33,943 nt of DNA from Desulfobia sp. (GTDB lineage Bacteria > Desulfobacterota > Desulfobulbia > Desulfobulbales > SURF-16): contig JBEPXR010000006.1 of NCBI GenBank assembly GCA_041641775.1, forward strand, positions 1 to 33,943, read 5' to 3'. A program made the translations under genes and the position numbers. The notes under the pieces were generated by a model, which did no database searches, had not been told where the DNA came from, and saw only the letters and a program-made list of their open reading frames with translations. Positions 18,709 to 26,774 of the stretch are shown here, piece after piece; positions within the stretch are counted from its first letter, which is position 1; each line of letters starts with the position of its first letter.

Positions 18709-18890
18709 TTTATCGGTTGCCTAGAGGTGAGACCAAGCATATGCAGGACACATGCCCCCGTCTTTTATCTTCGCAGAATAAGCAGGCGGCAATAATTCGG
18801 TTTTTTTTGTCGGCCCTCATGCTGGGACACCAACATGACTCAGGTAATCAGCTTCCGTGGTAATTTGTAATTCATAAACAAGGAGAAAAT

Positions 18891-19703
18891 ATGGCAACCA
18901 GGGTTATTGTCTCAGGAGCGGCCGGTCGTATGGGCAGGCGTATCTGCGATATCGTCAACCGCAACCCCAGACTTGAATTGAGCGGTGCTTTTGAACACCG
19001 GGAAAACCCGGCAATGGGCAGTGATATTGGCGAAGTAGGCGGATTCGGCAAAATCGGTATAACCATTTCTCCTGATCTCTCCTCGGTAATAGATCGGGGA
19101 GACGTCATAATCGACTTCACCGCCCCGGAGGCTACCATGAACATTGCCCGGGAAGCGGCAAGGCACAGAAAGGCTATGGTAATAGGCACCACCGGGCTCT
19201 CTCATGAAAACCTGGAAGAACTTCATGAGCTGGCCAGAAAAATGGCGATAGTTCAGGCACCGAACATGGCGGTGGGTGTGAACCTGCTTTTCAAACTGAC
19301 CAGGAAAGTGGCCGCCATTCTGGGTGACAACTACGATATAGAGATTATAGAGGCACATCACCGCATGAAAAAAGATGCCCCCAGTGGCACGGCCCTGAAA
19401 CTGGGCGAGATGGCGGCCGAAGGAGTGGGACGTGATTTCAGCAAAACCGGAATCTTCGCGAGACACGGGATGATAGGTGAACGAAGTGATGAGGAGATCG
19501 GTATTCAGACCATCCGGGCCGGAGATATTGTCGGAGAACACACGGTCTACTTTGCCGGCCCCGGGGAAAGGCTGGAGCTGACCCACAAGGCACACAGCCG
19601 TGATAACTTCGCCGGGGGAGCAGCTGTTGCCGCTGCCTGGTTGGCTGATAAGAAGGAAGGTATGTATACCATGTTCGACGTATTGGGACTGGCCGATCTC
19701 TAA
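18891..19703 (+). CDS. dapB: 4-hydroxy-tetrahydrodipicolinate reductase
   Basis: 270 aa. SD AAGGAG upstream, GAAGRMG dinucleotide fold, signature EAHHRMKKDAPSGTA. Confidence 0.95.
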   Translation: MATRVIVSGAAGRMGRRICDIVNRNPRLELSGAFEHRENPAMGSDIGEVGGFGKIGITISPDLSSVIDRGDVIIDFTAPEATMNIAREAARHRKAMVIGTTGLSHENLEELHELARKMAIVQAPNMAVGVNLLFKLTRKVAAILGDNYDIEIIEAHHRMKKDAPSGTALKLGEMAAEGVGRDFSKTGIFARHGMIGERSDEEIGIQTIRAGDIVGEHTVYFAGPGERLELTHKAHSRDNFAGGAAVAAAWLADKKEGMYTMFDVLGLADL

Positions 19704-19761
19704 AAGAAGAATCAGAGAGAAGTACGACAATCAATACCTTAAGCGGTAGTCAACCGATGAG

Positions 19762-20535
19762 ATGAAAATCATTCGCTGCCGGCCTAGCCTGGAGGATACC
19801 AGAATCAGCGAACCCTGTTATGCAGTACTAGAGGGCGATTCTATCCGGATACTTAAGGACAATCCCTACGGGGATCAGGTTTTTACAGGAACCAGCATGG
19901 CCCTTGAGGAGGTTCACCTACTCCCGCCCTGCCTTCCCGGAAAAATCGTGGCGGTGGGATTCAATTACGTTCCACATGTCAGAGAAATGCAGACGAAGGT
20001 CCCCCCGGAACCTCTGATCTTCTTGAAACCGCCTTCGGCTGTGATCGGCCCTGAAGAGCAGATAATTTTGCCACCCATGAGCTCACGGGTGGAATTTGAA
20101 GGAGAACTGGCTGTGGTGATCGGCAGATCGGCAAAAAATGTCGAGCCGACCCAGGCTCTCGATTATGTCTTTGGGTATACCTGCTTTAATGATGTAACAG
20201 CTCGAGATCTCCAGAAAAAAGATGTCCAGTTTACCAGGGCAAAAGGATTCGACACCTTTGCCCCTTTAGGGCCGCATATAGAGACGGACCTGGATCCGGG
20301 AAACCTGAAGCTGACCGCCGTTCTGAACGCGGAAGTAAGGCAGCGTACCAATACTTCCTCGCTCATCAGGAGCGTACCAGAACTCCTGTCCTACATTTCC
20401 AGAATAATGACCCTGTTCCCCGGTGACATCATAGCAACCGGCACTCCCTCCGGAGTGGCTCAACTGCATAGAGGGGACGTCATAAGTATCCAGATAGAAG
20501 GTATTGGAACCCTGACCAACAGGGTCGACAGCTAA
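19762..20535 (+). CDS. fumarylacetoacetate hydrolase (FAH) family protein
   Basis: 257 aa. FAH-fold motifs EGELAVVIG, NDVTARDLQ, KGFDTFAPLGP, GDIIATGTPSGV. Confidence 0.85.
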   Translation: MKIIRCRPSLEDTRISEPCYAVLEGDSIRILKDNPYGDQVFTGTSMALEEVHLLPPCLPGKIVAVGFNYVPHVREMQTKVPPEPLIFLKPPSAVIGPEEQIILPPMSSRVEFEGELAVVIGRSAKNVEPTQALDYVFGYTCFNDVTARDLQKKDVQFTRAKGFDTFAPLGPHIETDLDPGNLKLTAVLNAEVRQRTNTSSLIRSVPELLSYISRIMTLFPGDIIATGTPSGVAQLHRGDVISIQIEGIGTLTNRVDS

Positions 20536-20577
20536 GAGATTCAGATCTATATTTTTCTGCACTATTAAGGAAAGAAT

Positions 20578-21072
20578 GTGGCACGCACCTTCATCGGCTT
20601 AGGCTCAAACCTTGGCTCCAGGCGATATAATATCCTTTCAGCCTGGAAAGCCTTAACCGGAGAAAGCACCAATCAGGAAGTGGATATTTCCTCTCCCTAT
20701 CTGAGTGAACCGGTAGGGATGGAATCAAACAACTGGTTCATTAATGCCGTGGGCATAATGAATACTGGACTTACTCCGGAAAGGCTTCTGGTTGAGATGC
20801 TCGCCATAGAAAAAAAACTTGGAAGGGAGCGCTCCCTGGGGCATGATCGCCCAATAGATCTGGACCTTCTGTATTATGATAATCTCATTCTCAACGACAG
20901 GAATCTGATCATTCCTCATCCTGCTCTGGCGAATCGTCTTTTTGTGCTCGAGCCGCTTTCCGAGTTGGCACCGGATCACCGGCATCCTGTTTCGCACCTC
21001 ACCAGCAGAGAATTGCTCAGCAAATCAGGAGCTGAAGATAGCGTCAAGAAAATATCCTGGGATTGGAAATAG
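20578..21072 (+). CDS. folK: 2-amino-4-hydroxy-6-hydroxymethyldihydropteridine diphosphokinase (HPPK)
   Basis: 164 aa with a GTG start. Motifs: FIGLGSNLG, RPIDLDLL, and LIIPHP...R.FVL.PL. Confidence 0.88.
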   Translation: MARTFIGLGSNLGSRRYNILSAWKALTGESTNQEVDISSPYLSEPVGMESNNWFINAVGIMNTGLTPERLLVEMLAIEKKLGRERSLGHDRPIDLDLLYYDNLILNDRNLIIPHPALANRLFVLEPLSELAPDHRHPVSHLTSRELLSKSGAEDSVKKISWDWK

Positions 21073-21074
21073 AT

Positions 21075-21332
21075 ATGACTCCCATACGCATCATTGTCCT
21101 TGCAATACTCCTTTTTATCCTATATCGTCTTATCACTGGTCCCAGGAGAAAGAAATTTCCAACCCTTAAAACCGGAAAGGATGATAATTCAACGGAACGG
21201 GATATATTGGTGGAAGATCCGGTATGCCATTCCTACGTACCCAAAAAGGAAGCAATCAGAAGAGTAAAAAAAGGCAAAACCTATTATTTCTGTAGCGAAA
21301 GCTGTGCCCAGACTTTCCTGAAAGACGATTGA
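21075..21332 (+). CDS. small membrane-anchored YHS/TRASH-domain protein
   Basis: 85 aa from ATG 21075, 2 nt after the folK stop (the ORF track begins at TTG 21063). One N-terminal TM helix (IRIIVLAILLFILYRLI) is followed by the Cys motif DPVCHSYVP...YYFCSESC, characteristic of YHS/TRASH metal-binding domains. Confidence 0.6.
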   Translation: MTPIRIIVLAILLFILYRLITGPRRKKFPTLKTGKDDNSTERDILVEDPVCHSYVPKKEAIRRVKKGKTYYFCSESCAQTFLKDD

Positions 21333-21395
21333 TTGAACAGCTGCACCGCCTGGCGTTGTCAGAGATGCCCTTGCCAGGAAAAAAGGAGAACGAAT

Positions 21396-22043
21396 ATGAA
21401 ATTTTTTATCGACACCGCAAATATCGAGGAAATCAAGAAAGGGGTGGAAATGGGTATGGTTGACGGAGTTACGACCAACCCTTCCTTGATTGCCAAGGAA
21501 AATAAGGGGTTCGAAAGCCTTCTTGAAGAGATCTGCGGGATAGTGGCCGGCCCGGTAAATGCCGAGGTGGTGAGTCTGGAGGCCCGAGAGATGCTGGCCG
21601 AAGGGCAGAAATTAGCTGAAATAGCGGAAAATATCGTCATCAAGGTCCCCATGACCACCGAAGGCCTGAAGGCGGTGAAATTGTTCAGCGCCGAAGCGAT
21701 CAGCACAAACGTCACCCTGATATTTTCTGCCTCACAGGCTCTGCTCGCGGCTAAGGCCGGGGCCTCCTATGTCAGTCCTTTTGTTGGTCGGCTGGATGAT
21801 ATCTCCAGCCCTGGGATGGACCTGGTCAGTGACATAATGACCATTTATGAAAATTATGGCTATCAGACCGAAGTCATCGTTGCCAGTGTCAGAAACCCTG
21901 TGCATGTAGTTGATGCCGCCCTGGTGGGCGCAGACATTTCCACCATACCCTATAAGGTAATATCCCAGTTGGCTGAACATCCCCTGACGGACATAGGCTT
22001 GAAGAAATTTCTGGCAGATTGGGAAAAAAGAGCCACGAGTTGA
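21396..22043 (+). CDS. fsa: fructose-6-phosphate aldolase / short (type 3B) transaldolase
   Basis: 215 aa from ATG 21396 (SD AAAAGGAGA 5-6 nt upstream). The track's TTG-initiated 21-aa extension is implausible. Motifs: MKFFIDTAN..., GVTTNPSL, catalytic Lys context IVIKVP. Confidence 0.9.
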   Translation: MKFFIDTANIEEIKKGVEMGMVDGVTTNPSLIAKENKGFESLLEEICGIVAGPVNAEVVSLEAREMLAEGQKLAEIAENIVIKVPMTTEGLKAVKLFSAEAISTNVTLIFSASQALLAAKAGASYVSPFVGRLDDISSPGMDLVSDIMTIYENYGYQTEVIVASVRNPVHVVDAALVGADISTIPYKVISQLAEHPLTDIGLKKFLADWEKRATS

Positions 22044-22082
22044 AAACAGTCGAGACTGCACGTTCGGCCCTCGGATAAAGTC

Positions 22083-22643
22083 GTGATGGTCAAGTTGAGC
22101 AATATTCCCAACTTACTTACCGGATACCGTTTTGCTGTGATAATCCCGCTCCTGCTTTTCCTGAGACCGGGAGCAACCGAAGATGTAAGTTTGACAGCCT
22201 TCATCCTCTTTGTTTCAGCCGCCCTTACCGACTTGGCCGACGGTTACGTGGCCAGGAAATTCCAGGTGGAGAGTGTGCTCGGCAAATTAATGGACCCGCT
22301 TGCCGACAAGATCCTGGTGACCGTAGCTCTGGTGATGCTGATCCCAATGGGAAGGGTTCCAGCCTGGGTCTGCTTTATGATCATTTCGCGCGAAATGATC
22401 ATAACCGGCCTGCGCAGTGTCGCCGCTGCCTCGGGCACGGTAATTGCCGCCAGCAGGATGGGCAAATATAAAAGTGCAACTCAGCTTACTGCCCTCTCCA
22501 TCCTGATCTTTCCGGCCAGCCTCTTTCCTCTTTACGGACTCCACCAGTTAGGGACGGCAATCCTCTATCTGGCTCTCTTTCTGACTGTCTGGTCAGGCAT
22601 CCAGTACTTTCATCGATTCCGCAGGGTTTATCTGGAAGAGTAA
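22083..22643 (+). CDS. pgsA: CDP-diacylglycerol--glycerol-3-phosphate 3-phosphatidyltransferase
   Basis: 186 aa (GTG 22083, or ATG 22086). Complete CDP-alcohol phosphatidyltransferase motif DGYVARKFQVESVLGKLMDPLADK (DGx2ARx8Gx3Dx3D). Multiple TM segments. Confidence 0.86.
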   Translation: MMVKLSNIPNLLTGYRFAVIIPLLLFLRPGATEDVSLTAFILFVSAALTDLADGYVARKFQVESVLGKLMDPLADKILVTVALVMLIPMGRVPAWVCFMIISREMIITGLRSVAAASGTVIAASRMGKYKSATQLTALSILIFPASLFPLYGLHQLGTAILYLALFLTVWSGIQYFHRFRRVYLEE

Positions 22644-22685
22644 AAACCACTTGAATCCAAAGACATATCGGCCGACCTGGTATTC

Positions 22686-23537
22686 TTATTTTCGTTGTTG
22701 CTTACGAGCCTTACCAGGCAGATAAATGAGAATTTTCTTAAAAAACCCGTTACCGACACTTCGACTGCGTATTGTATTGTCCTGCTGGAGCAGCATATGA
22801 ACTATCCTTCTCTCCGAAGGATTGAGTGGCGAGATGGTTCTCGTTTTACCGGTTTCTTTTACCTCCTCCGTCAATTTCAGGGCCAGTTCTTCGAGTTCCT
22901 TCTTTCTTGAAGCCCTGAACCCACCGGCGTCCAGACTGAAGGTGAGCCGCTGGGGATATTTTCTACCGGCCATTCTACTCAGCAGATACTCAAGGCTGTC
23001 GAGCAACTGCCCTTTATCAGCAACGATATCTGCCTCGCCTTCACCTGAAATGTTCAGGACTGTCTTCTTTTCTTCTTCACGAATGTCGATGTCTGCCGAC
23101 ATATCCATCAGATCAAGGATCTTTTCGAGATCAGCTTTGAGGTACTCCTGGATTTCCGGAGGCAGGCTCACATCTCCGGCTGCCTCTCTTTTCTCAATCC
23201 TTTTGGGGGTTTCCTCAACTTCACTTCGTCCCTCCTTCTCCACCACGGCTTCCGACCCGGCACTTTCGGTCATGTCTTCCTGAACGGAGGGCCCCATATC
23301 CCTGTCTTCTATCTCTTTACTTTCGTCAGTCGAATCAGGGGATTCAACTGGCTCCCCCGTCTCTTCCTTCAATGATACAGAAATTACCGCGCTTTTCCGA
23401 CAGAGTCCGAATATTCCGTCTGATCCCGGTGACTCAATGGTAATGCCCAATTTTTCGCGAGAGACCTTCATTTTTTCGACTGCAGTTTCTATGGCCTCCT
23501 CGACATCTTTGCCTTTGAATTTCAATTTTCTGGTCAT
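22686..23537 (-). CDS. jag: Jag/KhpB RNA-binding protein (Jag_N, KH, R3H)
   Basis: 283 aa. Jag_N start KFKGKDVEEAIETAVEKM, an acidic linker, and a C-terminal R3H block PLNPSERRIVHMLLQ. It lies downstream of yidC. Confidence 0.85.
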   Translation of the reverse strand: MTRKLKFKGKDVEEAIETAVEKMKVSREKLGITIESPGSDGIFGLCRKSAVISVSLKEETGEPVESPDSTDESKEIEDRDMGPSVQEDMTESAGSEAVVEKEGRSEVEETPKRIEKREAAGDVSLPPEIQEYLKADLEKILDLMDMSADIDIREEEKKTVLNISGEGEADIVADKGQLLDSLEYLLSRMAGRKYPQRLTFSLDAGGFRASRKKELEELALKLTEEVKETGKTRTISPLNPSERRIVHMLLQQDNTIRSRSVGNGFFKKILIYLPGKARKQQRK

Positions 23538-23864
23538 GGTAATGTAGTAACACCATCATAGATTAATCTTCATACCTGTTTCTGTTCCCTCTATTTGTAG
23601 CGGAGTCCCTGGGAGCTCTCAAAACAGAAATCAAGTATCCGAACTGCCTGGACTCGAATTATTTTCTTCCAGGCATCAATGGGCTGGGGGAAAGGACACT
23701 CTTTACCCGCTGGCTCTTGATAGGGGAGAATAACACGCTAACACTTTTATAGACAGCTCCCGCCCGAAACTTGTTCCGGAGCCGACAGGAGATATCTGAA
23801 ACCGTGAAAAACACCTGACAGGTAGACAGTCTCCGCACCATTTTTTTTTCATTGGCTCCGAATG

Positions 23865-25547
23865 TCAAGTCGAACGGTTTATGTAATACTGCTGGGCAAT
23901 GGCCAGGAGATTGGTGACCAGCATATACAGTACCAGTCCGGCAGAAAAGTTGATAAAAACAAAAATGAAGATAACAGGTAAAAACTTCATTATCTTGGCC
24001 TGGGTGGGATCACCGGTAGTCGGAGTCAGCTTCTGCTGCCAATACATGGTCAGTCCCATCAGAAGAGTTAGCACCGGGATTCCACCAAGATAGGGAATGT
24101 CAAAACCAACCGGCAGACGTTCCGGAGCCGATAGGTCGTTAATCCAAAGCATAAAAGGGGCATGCCGCAATTCAATGGTCTGCAGGAGAACCTTGTACAG
24201 AGCGACGAAAACAGGGATCTGGGCCAGGAGGGGGAGACATCCACCTACCGGGTTAACCTTGTAAGTCCGGTAAAGCTGCATCATCTCCCTATTCAAGGTC
24301 TCTTTATCATTCTTATATTTTTCCCTCAGCTTTGCCATCTTGGGCTGGAGCTTCTGCATGGTCTTCATGGACTTCATTCCTTTATGGGAAATGGGCCAGA
24401 ACACCAGCTTAACGATAACGGTGGTCATAATAATAGCAAAGCCATAGTTGTGTAAGAAACTATAGAGAAACTGCAATAAGTGAAGCATAGGCTTGGCCAG
24501 GACGTCAAACCAGCCGAAATTGACGATCTTGGGGAGATGATAGCCGGCAGCTTTCAGATTTTTCAGTCTTTTTGGCCCCAAATACGTCTTATATTGGTAG
24601 CCAATCTGACGGCCGGGAGGCAAAATAACCTGGTCCTCGGCAACGACAGTCCTGACCTTGTTCTGCCCAACCGTCTCATATCCCACGGTCAGGTTGTTTT
24701 TGTTCGCAGGAATAATACCAGTCATGAAATAGGTGTCTTCATAGGCGGTCCAGGTAATGGCTCCGCTGCGGACCTCCCCCCCTTCCTCAATATCATCCAC
24801 CTTGATTTCCTCAAGACTGGAGTTCTGGTAAAGTGCCGGTCCTTTAAAAAGAAAACCGGTCCTGTTCCCCTCACCCGCCGAAAAGGGTTTATTGGTCATA
24901 GAGAGAAGGGGTTTGCCGTTGATCTCGTGTCCTGTCTGATTAATAACTTCAAAATCAAGGTCTATGAGATATTCCTTGGCCCTGAAAGTCATACTTCGGC
25001 GGATCAGGGCTCCGGAGGGAAGGGTAGCGGTGAGAACCAGCTTTTTTGAACCGTTGCGGACTTCGAGTTTCTCCTTATCGGCTTTATACAATGGAACCCC
25101 GGATCGGACCGCCGGAACTCCCCAGGAGAAGAACAGAGGCAATTCGCGGGCCATGGAGGTTTTGACAAGCTCTTTCTCGTCTGAATTATCGTCAACTTCT
25201 TCCCGGTAGTGTTTCAGCCTGAAGCTTTTGAATCCTCCCCCTATTTCGCTGATGACGGCAATATAGAGATCAGTTTCCACGACAATGTCACGGGCTTCGC
25301 TGAAGTCGGCAAGCTGCCCCTGATCCTCTGTTTCCAGAAATGATGGTGTGGCCAGAGAGCCTTGCTCTCCATTATCGGGAATTGCGAAAGTCCGTGCAGT
25401 GGACTGTTCTCTCTCCATTTCGGCCTGACGATCCGCAGGCTTACCGTTTTTTTGAACCGGTTCCGGCGGAGGAACAAAAAGATATTGAAAAGCCACCAGG
25501 ATTAAAAATGACAGGGCAACAGCCAGAACAGCTCTTTTCGTGTCCAT
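23865..25547 (-). CDS. yidC: membrane protein insertase YidC
   Basis: The start is taken as ATG at 25547 (MDTKRAVLAVALSFLILVAF, SD AAGGA upstream). The track's 37-aa extension lacks support. It has a large periplasmic P1 domain and the conserved C-terminal 60-kDa insertase core (GFAIIMTTVIVKLVFWP, GCLPLLAQIPVF). Confidence 0.93.
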   Translation of the reverse strand: MDTKRAVLAVALSFLILVAFQYLFVPPPEPVQKNGKPADRQAEMEREQSTARTFAIPDNGEQGSLATPSFLETEDQGQLADFSEARDIVVETDLYIAVISEIGGGFKSFRLKHYREEVDDNSDEKELVKTSMARELPLFFSWGVPAVRSGVPLYKADKEKLEVRNGSKKLVLTATLPSGALIRRSMTFRAKEYLIDLDFEVINQTGHEINGKPLLSMTNKPFSAGEGNRTGFLFKGPALYQNSSLEEIKVDDIEEGGEVRSGAITWTAYEDTYFMTGIIPANKNNLTVGYETVGQNKVRTVVAEDQVILPPGRQIGYQYKTYLGPKRLKNLKAAGYHLPKIVNFGWFDVLAKPMLHLLQFLYSFLHNYGFAIIMTTVIVKLVFWPISHKGMKSMKTMQKLQPKMAKLREKYKNDKETLNREMMQLYRTYKVNPVGGCLPLLAQIPVFVALYKVLLQTIELRHAPFMLWINDLSAPERLPVGFDIPYLGGIPVLTLLMGLTMYWQQKLTPTTGDPTQAKIMKFLPVIFIFVFINFSAGLVLYMLVTNLLAIAQQYYINRST

Positions 25548-25698
25548 AAAGGTTTTCCTTATATATCCATAGCTCTCTAAATTATTAGCAGTTTTATTAC
25601 TGTTACAATCAGCGACAGGATGCAAATTTTTCCGCTGACCGGAAAGTTCCCGTCCCAAATGAACACTGAATAATCCGATCCCGGCACAAAATCCGACA

Positions 25699-25953
25699 TC
25701 ATCTTACCGGATCGTACCCACCTTTGTTCCAGGGATGGCAACGCAAAAGACGACGGAAAGCCATGACTCCCCCGACCAGAACCCCGTGCCGGCGAACAGC
25801 CTCAATGGCATACTGTGAACAAGTGGGAGTAAAACGGCAGGACGGGGGAAGGAGTGGTGACAGGATAAGCTGATAGCTGCGCAACAGGATAAGACAGAGC
25901 CTCTGGCCGTACCCCCGGTACGTTATGATATGGCGACTGTCTGCATCATCCAT
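25699..25953 (-). CDS. yidD: membrane protein insertion efficiency factor YidD
   Basis: 84 aa. Conserved [26 protein letters not shown]...[11 protein letters not shown]. Confidence 0.87.
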   Translation of the reverse strand: MDDADSRHIITYRGYGQRLCLILLRSYQLILSPLLPPSCRFTPTCSQYAIEAVRRHGVLVGGVMAFRRLLRCHPWNKGGYDPVR

Positions 25954-26052
25954 TCACGTCGATTCTCCATAGCGGTTGCCATAAACGGCCGGAAAAGAGT
26001 TGCGACAAGAAGCAACTGGCTGCGGATTGCTGAGAATCTTTTGCAGGCAGAA

Positions 26053-26418
26053 TCAATCCGTCTTTAGAATTCCCTGTTTCTGCAAGAGATTGAGCGTAGC
26101 TGTTTCAGTATCTCGTTGGCTGTCCAGAGGGCAGTTTTTCCGCACAGTGAACACAATATCCAGGGGAGGATGAATAAAATTTCTTTGCAGACGAAATGTT
26201 TCCCGAATGATCCTTTTCAACCTGTTCCGGCGCACAGCCTTTTTCACACCATGGATGCTGATGCCGAGGCGGCTGCGCCCCAAATTATTTGGCAGTATTA
26301 TGAGATTAAACCTGTCTCCCCTGAGACGTTTTCCTTGACGGTAAACTTTCTGATATTCACTGGGCCTGGTAAGGAGGTATTCTTTTGACAACCCCGCGTC
26401 CTTCCCGCCACGGTTCAT
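26053..26418 (-). CDS. rnpA: ribonuclease P protein component
   Basis: 121 aa, basic. RnpA motif VKKAVRRNRLKRIIRE. It starts 3 nt after the rpmH stop. Confidence 0.88.
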   Translation of the reverse strand: MNRGGKDAGLSKEYLLTRPSEYQKVYRQGKRLRGDRFNLIILPNNLGRSRLGISIHGVKKAVRRNRLKRIIRETFRLQRNFIHPPLDIVFTVRKNCPLDSQRDTETATLNLLQKQGILKTD

Positions 26419-26421
26419 GAT

Positions 26422-26562
26422 CTAACTGACCGCCAGTCTCTTTCTTCCCTTGGCCCGCCGTCTTCTGATTACTTCCTGTCCCGACCTTGTTTTCATTCTG
26501 ACCCTGAATCCGTGCGTCCTCTTTCTTTTCAGATTACTGGGCTGAAATGTTCTCTTACTCAT
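26422..26562 (-). CDS. rpmH: 50S ribosomal protein L34
   Basis: Not in the ORF track because it is under 60 aa. My translation of the minus strand is [46 protein letters not shown], followed by a stop (cta at 26422-26424). SD AAGGAGG lies 8 nt upstream of ATG (cat at 26560-26562). This is the classic rpmH-rnpA arrangement. Confidence 0.94.
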   Translation of the reverse strand: MSKRTFQPSNLKRKRTHGFRVRMKTRSGQEVIRRRRAKGRKRLAVS

Positions 26563-26713
26563 TCGTCTATTTCCTCCTTAATCGGCCAGCCTTGCCGGAT
26601 TGTCTTGAATTGTCGCCTTTTGCAATTTATCCTGTGAACTCTCTAAGATTGCAGAAGGCCCAATCTGGGTGAAATTGATCAAGATGTGTTATAATATCCA
26701 GCCCAGAGGGGCC

Positions 26714-26742
26714 AACATAAACCGTGTATGTTACCTCGTCAA
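26714..26742 (-). promoter_or_regulatory. candidate sigma-70 promoter for rpmH-rnpA-yidD-yidC
   Basis: On the minus strand: TTGACG (26742-26737), a 17-nt spacer, then TATGTT (26719-26714). An overlapping alternative is TTGACT (26756-26751)/TAACAT (26733-26728). Either implies a leader of about 145 nt. Identified by pattern only. Confidence 0.35.
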
Positions 26743-26774
26743 AGGGGTAAAGTCAAGTGGTGATTCTCTGCTTC

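Noticed and set aside
18709-18890. A possible lysine riboswitch (L-box) upstream of dapB. The length is about right and AGAGGTG at 18723 resembles the L-box 5' end.
   Set aside because: I could not find the other conserved L-box elements (the internal GAGTA-type turn, the CCGAAG-like segment, or a P1 closing strand). Only a covariance-model scan could overturn this.
18912-19730. A 272-aa ORF antisense to essentially the whole of dapB.
   Set aside because: Its codons are exactly co-registered with dapB codons (both start at coordinates congruent to 0 mod 3). In that frame, antisense stops arise only from sense TTA/CTA/TCA codons. The ORF ends precisely at the one TCA codon (18912-18914) near the dapB start. 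It has no SD and a Gly/Arg/Ser-rich composition, so it is a shadow ORF.
21340-21360. ACCGCCTGGCG, which resembles the 3' CCGCCUGGGC core of the ZTP (pfl) riboswitch, near folate-related genes.
   Set aside because: Only 63 nt separate the TRASH gene from fsa. The 5' ZTP subdomain would have to lie inside coding sequence and is not recognisable.
22822-23283. A 153-aa Ser-rich ORF antisense to jag.
   Set aside because: It is not codon-registered. However, its low-complexity S/F/L composition is the mirror image of the Glu/Lys-rich jag linker (GAA/GAG/AAG read backwards). It has no start context.
23538-23864. Whether the yidC-jag spacer encodes RNase P RNA, SRP RNA, tmRNA or a tRNA.
   Set aside because: It has no GAGGAAAGUCCGG (CR-I), no GGUUCGAAUCC-type T-loop, no SRP GGAA tetraloop context and no tmRNA ends. 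It remains an unclassified candidate (see findings).
23659-23868. The 69-aa track ORF in the yidC-jag spacer.
   Set aside because: It has a non-ATG start overlapping the yidC stop, no SD, and a basic S/V/R-rich sequence with no hydrophobic core pattern. I treat it as non-coding.
25548-25658. N-terminal extensions in the ORF track for yidC (37 aa). The same issue applies to hemA (28059-28118), fsa (21333-21395), MBL (30166-30240), yjbQ (30264-30335) and the small ORF at 31512-31559.
   Set aside because: In each case an internal ATG with a proper SD begins exactly where family-typical sequence starts. The extensions are Cys/Arg-rich or start on TTG/GTG without an SD.
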